Below, piece after piece: positions 60,001-64,000 of a DNA stretch of 64,000 nt. The stretch spans positions 4,278,001-4,342,000 of the forward strand of contig CM035351.1 in assembly GCA_020137815.1 (NCBI GenBank), read 5' to 3'. The position numbers and the translations under genes were made by a program. This DNA is from Hormiphora californensis (lineage: Eukaryota; Animalia; Ctenophora). The stretch's first letter is position 1. Every line of letters begins with the position of its first letter. The notes under the pieces are model-generated. The model was not told the DNA's origin and did no database searches. It saw only the letters and a list, made by a program, of their open reading frames with translations.

Positions 60001-63000
60001 GGGGTAGGAAGGAGCTGGGAACAAATCGTGTTGTACACCTGCAAGTAGAGTATGGGACCGGGAGTTAGTGAATCTATAGAAGTTGGAACTTGGGTGCCTG
60101 TGGTACCGAACTGATAGTTTTGTAGAAAATAGAAATGCGAGATAGCTGAAAAATATTGATAACTAGTTCAAGCTGTATCATGCACCACCGGACTTAGCAA
60201 GGCTGGTTGTGGTGGGTGGACTTACCTTGATAGATGCACTGGTGACAGATTTGCTGAGGTCTGCTCCTTTACCAGGCATACTGGACAGATGGTTAGCCAG
60301 AATGGTATTGAAGATCCTCTCTTTACTCTCATTTTGCAGGTCGCAGAACGTCAGGATATTGAAATGTCGCACAATCCTGGATGTCAAGGGGTTCCTGCCG
60401 CCACCAGGGGGTCCAAGGGCAACCAAGAAGTTGATATCCACCAGGTTTTTGAAGGCTCCAATGACCTTCCTATCGTACCATCCCTTGTGGTCCAACCACT
60501 GTCGGATCAGCTCAATGGGAGGTTGGGCACCGTACACCTCCAATGCTGGCATGTTGAAATCATCCACGAAGAAAAGGAATTCCTTGCCCAGTGGGGGACC
60601 AAACACGCCCTTTCGACGCTTGTCTAGCTTTCCATCGATAATATCCTGTAAAAGAGGGATTAATTATTATTAATAAAAGGGATTAATAAAAAGTGAAATA
60701 GTGAAATCAAACTTTGATATGCTCATGTGGCACATCTGAATCACGTGGTAACTGGTATCTGAACACGGGAAACTAGAATCACGCGTGGGATCTGAATCGC
60801 AATCACATGACACAATAAGATCACGTCGTATCTCATCACCTGTGTCTGATTGGCGGATGTACGTGCAGAGAACATAAGGAAGTTGGAAATATACTCCTCA
60901 GGCATCCCAAAGCTCAAGTTTATTGGCAATGGTCAGGGACTTGCCCGTACCAGTTGGTCCAATACACATCAACTGTTTCTTGTTCTTCAAGCAAGATCTC
61001 AATGAGGTACTCTGATCTGATGGTGTCCATTGTGGGGACAATAATATCCTGGAACTTGCTCTCGGGGGTAATGTTCAACTCAGGCATTGAGTCTGTCCAG
61101 ATCTCCCAACAAATCTGCAAAGGACAGGGGATGGTGAGGGGAATCGGGAAATATTGTAGACTGTAGGACTGTATGAAATCAAAATGTCATATTTCCATGT
61201 CACACTAACCTTCCTGTCCTTTATTTCCTCTTCGTCGTCTTCTAGAATACTGACTCCGCCATCCAATAGTCGGTAGTCAAACACAAGACCCTCTCAGGGA
61301 ATGGCATCAGCGCCTGGAAAGGAGAGAGAGGTAATGATTGATATGATGGGATAAGAAAGGGGTTGCGAGCGATATATGGCCTAGGGGTGGAGATAAGGGT
61401 GTGATGAGTGAACTCTTATCTAAGGAATATAACAGTGATAGTAGAGTTGTACTCACCTTCGCCTCCTTCATCTTCTTTCGAAGGAACTCATCGAACCTCT
61501 TCCTTCCATCCATATCACAACACGCAGGGACAGCCCAGACGAGAGAGAAGAAGAACCAGGGTTCAATCAGGTTGGGTAACATGGCAGCTTTCTCTTCCGG
61601 GATTGGAGGACCCTGGTAACGATGGTGACGCCCACGGCGCCGCTTAGAGGTTAGCGTTAGTAATGTGCATTGGATATTAGAGAGAAGGGAGGAGGAAAGG
61701 GAGACGTTTTTGGAGAGGGGAGAAGGGGATCATAGTTTCAGAGGAGAAATTTACAGACTTAGGTACTTCAAATGCGCCATGTGCAGTTGTGTTGGAACAT
61801 TAATCACCTCTTTCACATCGAAGGGAGCGAAGAAACACTCCATAAACCTGTTGACACTGTCAATAAGGCTGCTGTTCATGGATGTTATCATCTCTCGGCA
61901 GTTGGCCCTCAGGAACTTCAGAGAAGGCTGGAGGAGAGTTTTATGTTAGAATGTTCTAGAATTCTAAACACAGAGTTGCTAGGTCACCATAATTCGATAA
62001 ACACAGCCCCTTCACACTCACCTCAATATAGGTATCGAATAGCGTCTGAAGCTGATCCCGATGGGGTTGGAACAACTCAGGGAGAGTGTTCAGCCAGCAA
62101 GTAACGAATGGTTTTATTCCTAGAATCTGGGGTTCAAGGTACACCATACCGCACCGACTAACAGTAGCGGGGGAGGCCTCTGCCAGATCAGCTACTTCAA
62201 ACATCATCGTCATTGACTGAAATTATAGGTGTATACACATTACAACCATATGTTCTCGGCTAGTTCTCGTTTTATTATCAATCAATGAATTCAATTAGCT
62301 ACAATTATGCATGTTCCAGCCTTACATCGGTAAGTTTGATGATTTCTCCAGAACTGAGACAAAGCTTCTTGTTATCGTCCAGTACAGTGTTCATGTTCTC
62401 AATCCACACAGCATCAACCGGACCATCGAACACATACCACCTCTTGTTGGTATCAGTCGCACTAGTACCCAGTCGGATCAGGGACGAGAGAATACCATCT
62501 GTCCACTCGTGGGTCAGAGGATCAAATTCTCCGTAGAGTTGTCCCATAGTGATTGATTTGGGGTTCAGGACGTATGTCATGACCTTTTCGAAGGTGTATG
62601 CTCCAATGCAGTAACCCTTGATATCGGTCATAGCTTCTTTCAGGACCTAAGGGAAAGAGAGAGTGTTACACAGTGCGGGAACTTCATCAGCGGAAAATTC
62701 TCGAAAGTAAGGATAGCTCAAAAAGACCCACGAACCTCATAGCAGCGAGTTTTTCCAGATCCAGTAGGTCCAACCAACATGAGACCGTGTCGGACCACAG
62801 TCGTTTCATAGAGTTGGATACACTTGGCAATGAACCCTTCAACGTCCAATAGATTCTTCTTAGAGCATGCGTTCTTTATCGCAACATCGAGTTCACCGTA
62901 ATCGATAGCTTCTTGTCTGAAAGTGATAGAGAGTTAGGAAATGGACATGGTGTTCTAAAACAAAGGTAACGAAGAGATGGCACATGGTACAGGACTAAGA

Positions 63001-64000
63001 TAGTAAGATACAGCAGAGTGAACCACCGCACAGGTGTATCCTGCAACACTAACTTGATTTTCGGGAAGAGATCAGAGACGATACCGTTGAACAACTTCAG
63101 ATCATCCTGAAGGAACTTGGGCACGTTTACATCTCGGATGGCACGGAGACAAATCAGCTCCTCCGAGGTGTCAGGGAGATCACGTTTCAAATTAGCAGCA
63201 GCGGAGATAACGGTTTTTACAGCTCGCATACCGAAATCGTAATGGTCCTGCAGAGAGGGGGGTCGATGTATGTCAGATACTGATTAAAAAATGAAAACCA
63301 ACAATTCAAACATTATTAGAGAACTCAAAAACAAATTAAAAACAACACTCAAACTCAAAAACCAAAAGTTAGCATTATTGAACATTAATTAGGTACATAC
63401 CTGAGAGGACAGCTGTTCGGAGCTAAGTTTAAAGGTGCTGGTGATCTTCTTACTGAGAACCTTGGCAGCAGAGAACCCAAAGGAGAATAGAGAGATCTCG
63501 GCAATCATAGCATAATCAGGCACCATCATAGCCACAGGTCGGAACAAAGCCTGAAATAGAATGGTTGACAATACCGATCAACTATATTCTGGAATACCTC
63601 TCATCGCGAGCGTAACAGGGGTGACTTCGTAACCAAGCACTTTGATGAGTTGTTCGCAATAAAGTACCTTTAGATTGTCGGGCAGCTCAGTTCTTCCGGC
63701 ATACCCGGGGTTCATGGTGATGAAAACAGCACAAGAGGTCTTTAGCGAGATCTCCATTCCTTCAAACATGAATCTCTCCAACTGTGGACGGGGTAGATTA
63801 GTAAAAAGTTTGATGGAATTGATGAAAATGGAAAATTGCACTAAAAAATAGGCACAATTTGAATTTTACCTTCTGCTGTTGAGCTTTCTGAATAGTGGTA
63901 ATCTGCTGGGCTACCACGGACAACACCTCAATATCAATCCTGTTAAACTCATCAAAACAGGCCCAAGCACCAGCAGATGCCAGTCCCTTGAGGAACTTGC
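48026..64000 (-). CDS. DNAH1: Axonemal inner-arm dynein heavy chain 1, AAA1 to C-terminus (5' part outside window), multi-exon with a 3.4-kb exon at about 59212-55768
   Basis: [63 protein letters not shown], stalk, [23 protein letters not shown]; C-terminus [20 protein letters not shown]...[15 protein letters not shown] is DNAH1-type. Confidence 0.95.
50230..55491 (+). mobile_element. Full-length Ty1/copia LTR retrotransposon (GalEa-like), antisense within a DNAH1 intron
   Basis: 315-bp LTRs 50230-50544 and 55177-55491 (TG...CA); 5-bp TSD TACCC; PBS TGGTAGCAG at 50546; PPT 55157-55176. Confidence 0.97.
50571..54887 (+). CDS. Gag-Pol polyprotein (Gag, CCHC knuckle, protease, integrase, RT, RNase H), 1438 aa, intact
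   Basis: [14 protein letters not shown]; LLDTGA; HHCC finger and D-D-E integrase (MDLK, SDNGGEF, ERHN); [27 protein letters not shown]; YTDAS, AELYA, ADVLTK; integrase before RT is copia order. Confidence 0.97.
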   Translation: MPSDIHAPVFDNQTNFETYRREVDIWLLGTGCPKEKQAARLALQMRGRAKEVALGVPTEQLKSENGVKILLDAIEKVFGRDKTVSLFSAIEAFENFIRPANQNMSDFISEFSTRLGELRQQAGVDDHHKLYGSQVLAYRLLEQSNISDEQKRLLRATCVEISLECMITQMKRAYGETLPSAAETDQTSETLTLVVCYNCKKTGHIASECYNRRGAVRGKRGGGRGQRGSGGRRGQSGDATGVYKMSVETDYVLSLSEQVGLRALLDTGAAKSVCGSDWLKNFERESCIRVRRESCEQRRFTFGDLSGVNSTMIAYIPTDIFGVKFTEFAVYVLDINIPLLLSRHLLSQMGAVIDFERDQLRVSGKTTTLHLTDTGHVTIDLNKKLSPTTLLTNSCSGISPPAIAKKLHKYFAHGSVSKIQDIVKSSDHPRKSEICQELIRVTQECENCLEHSASKPRRKVALPLSKTFNECLAMDLKMLKFKSGESCWVLHIIDTLTRYSVMVPVKSKTGTEITQKFFTSWISIFGRPQRILSDNGGEFINDTLLEMASRLGIELKSTPAESPWCNGICERHNSILGKMVEKTKDDTKCSITVACAWASNAKNQLTNQMGFSPHQLVFGSNPTFPSVLNDDCLPAHGDQKSEDQVISDNIKAMKTAREKFIQLENASRLKRALASSGPTQDQTTYVQGDKVYYKREQHKTWLGPATVVGMTENQVLIKHGGQLLRAHPCKVRLVQQRQEPPEDQQRKEEYKRNEESSSKRHVPEMQTAPEVTTDEDVPEPIEKSKLQPPKASRVRRPKKTVREPTRKYNLRHNRRQTPPPEHPADELLIPSETDPEEDTPQDGHSESNIEEVPREPTYAEIAVPTEDQQEEATTSGPVVVRVPESEPSPDTEDTPGQRDTEPDPTEDSARPNEEKTDSNEDTSKPKEDVAEPAEDAAKTPDQDTEDSDPDSDAEEIILLAASKLGKEEVQTARNREIDKLREFNVFEEVPDTGQQPVTTRWVMTRKDDGTVKARLVARGFEEKLEDPTNSPTVTKHAVRILLSLATTSNWTLKSVDVTSAYLQSDKMTRDVFIKPPAYLKRKDVLWKLNKPLYGLGDAGRRWYMSLTATLKNTLQMSRIDKNVFFTTGDDGKLQGLLVIHVDDILITGDHNFYKKVKPALDNYKIGRVETTEFNYLGWQLKQQGIDICVSQEQYCKFVREDILDKMKAVKPVPQNQEEVDENLQSYMRTVIGKLNWLATQSMPQISFSLLDITTKSPWTGKEFKELKKIVTNLSPSTITFSPFNPTSAEIIVYTDASLGNLADRKSGAGVVVFWGDSSDFNLIAYSCGKVKRVVKSVFAAELYAVSEGLGYGVMIKALLQELSFDPPIRLFTDSAQVVSLANSVSAVPTDKGSILELREVQEKVEKGEASINWVESKSNPADVLTKRGVSPRVIERMI

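Noticed and set aside
55828-62556. Many plus-strand ORFs opposite DNAH1
   Set aside because: Antisense shadows of coding exons with no recognisable motifs.

Overview
Eukaryotic (animal) genomic DNA from a compact, gene-dense genome with short GT-AG introns; nested genes and unpaired splice acceptors just before start codons suggest a ctenophore-like host (inference only). There is no prokaryotic or CRISPR content. Every host gene starting from 4.8 kb onward lies on the minus strand: PIG-U, three tandem Boule/DAZ-like RRM genes, a Cys-motif orphan, a class A GPCR, a FLYWCH/C2H2-HMG20 chimera, a CIA30-domain protein, a BTB-Kelch protein, ARL2, NAA38, a NYN nuclease, GNPTAB, NDUFB3, an ORF resembling a Polinton PolB N-terminus, and DNAH1. 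The only plus-strand host genes are an SLC5 transporter lying inside a PIG-U intron and a PLXDC-like gene inside an SLC5 intron. Mobile DNA includes an intact GalEa-like copia element inserted exactly at a DNAH1 splice donor, which it regenerates, a decayed L2/CR1-group LINE, three Helentron-type (HINE) elements and several MITEs. Many tandem repeats are built from splice-site sequence. Scattered 1-nt indels in conserved genes point to assembly consensus errors. Gene models were assembled by eye and family calls come from recalled motifs; no searches were run.
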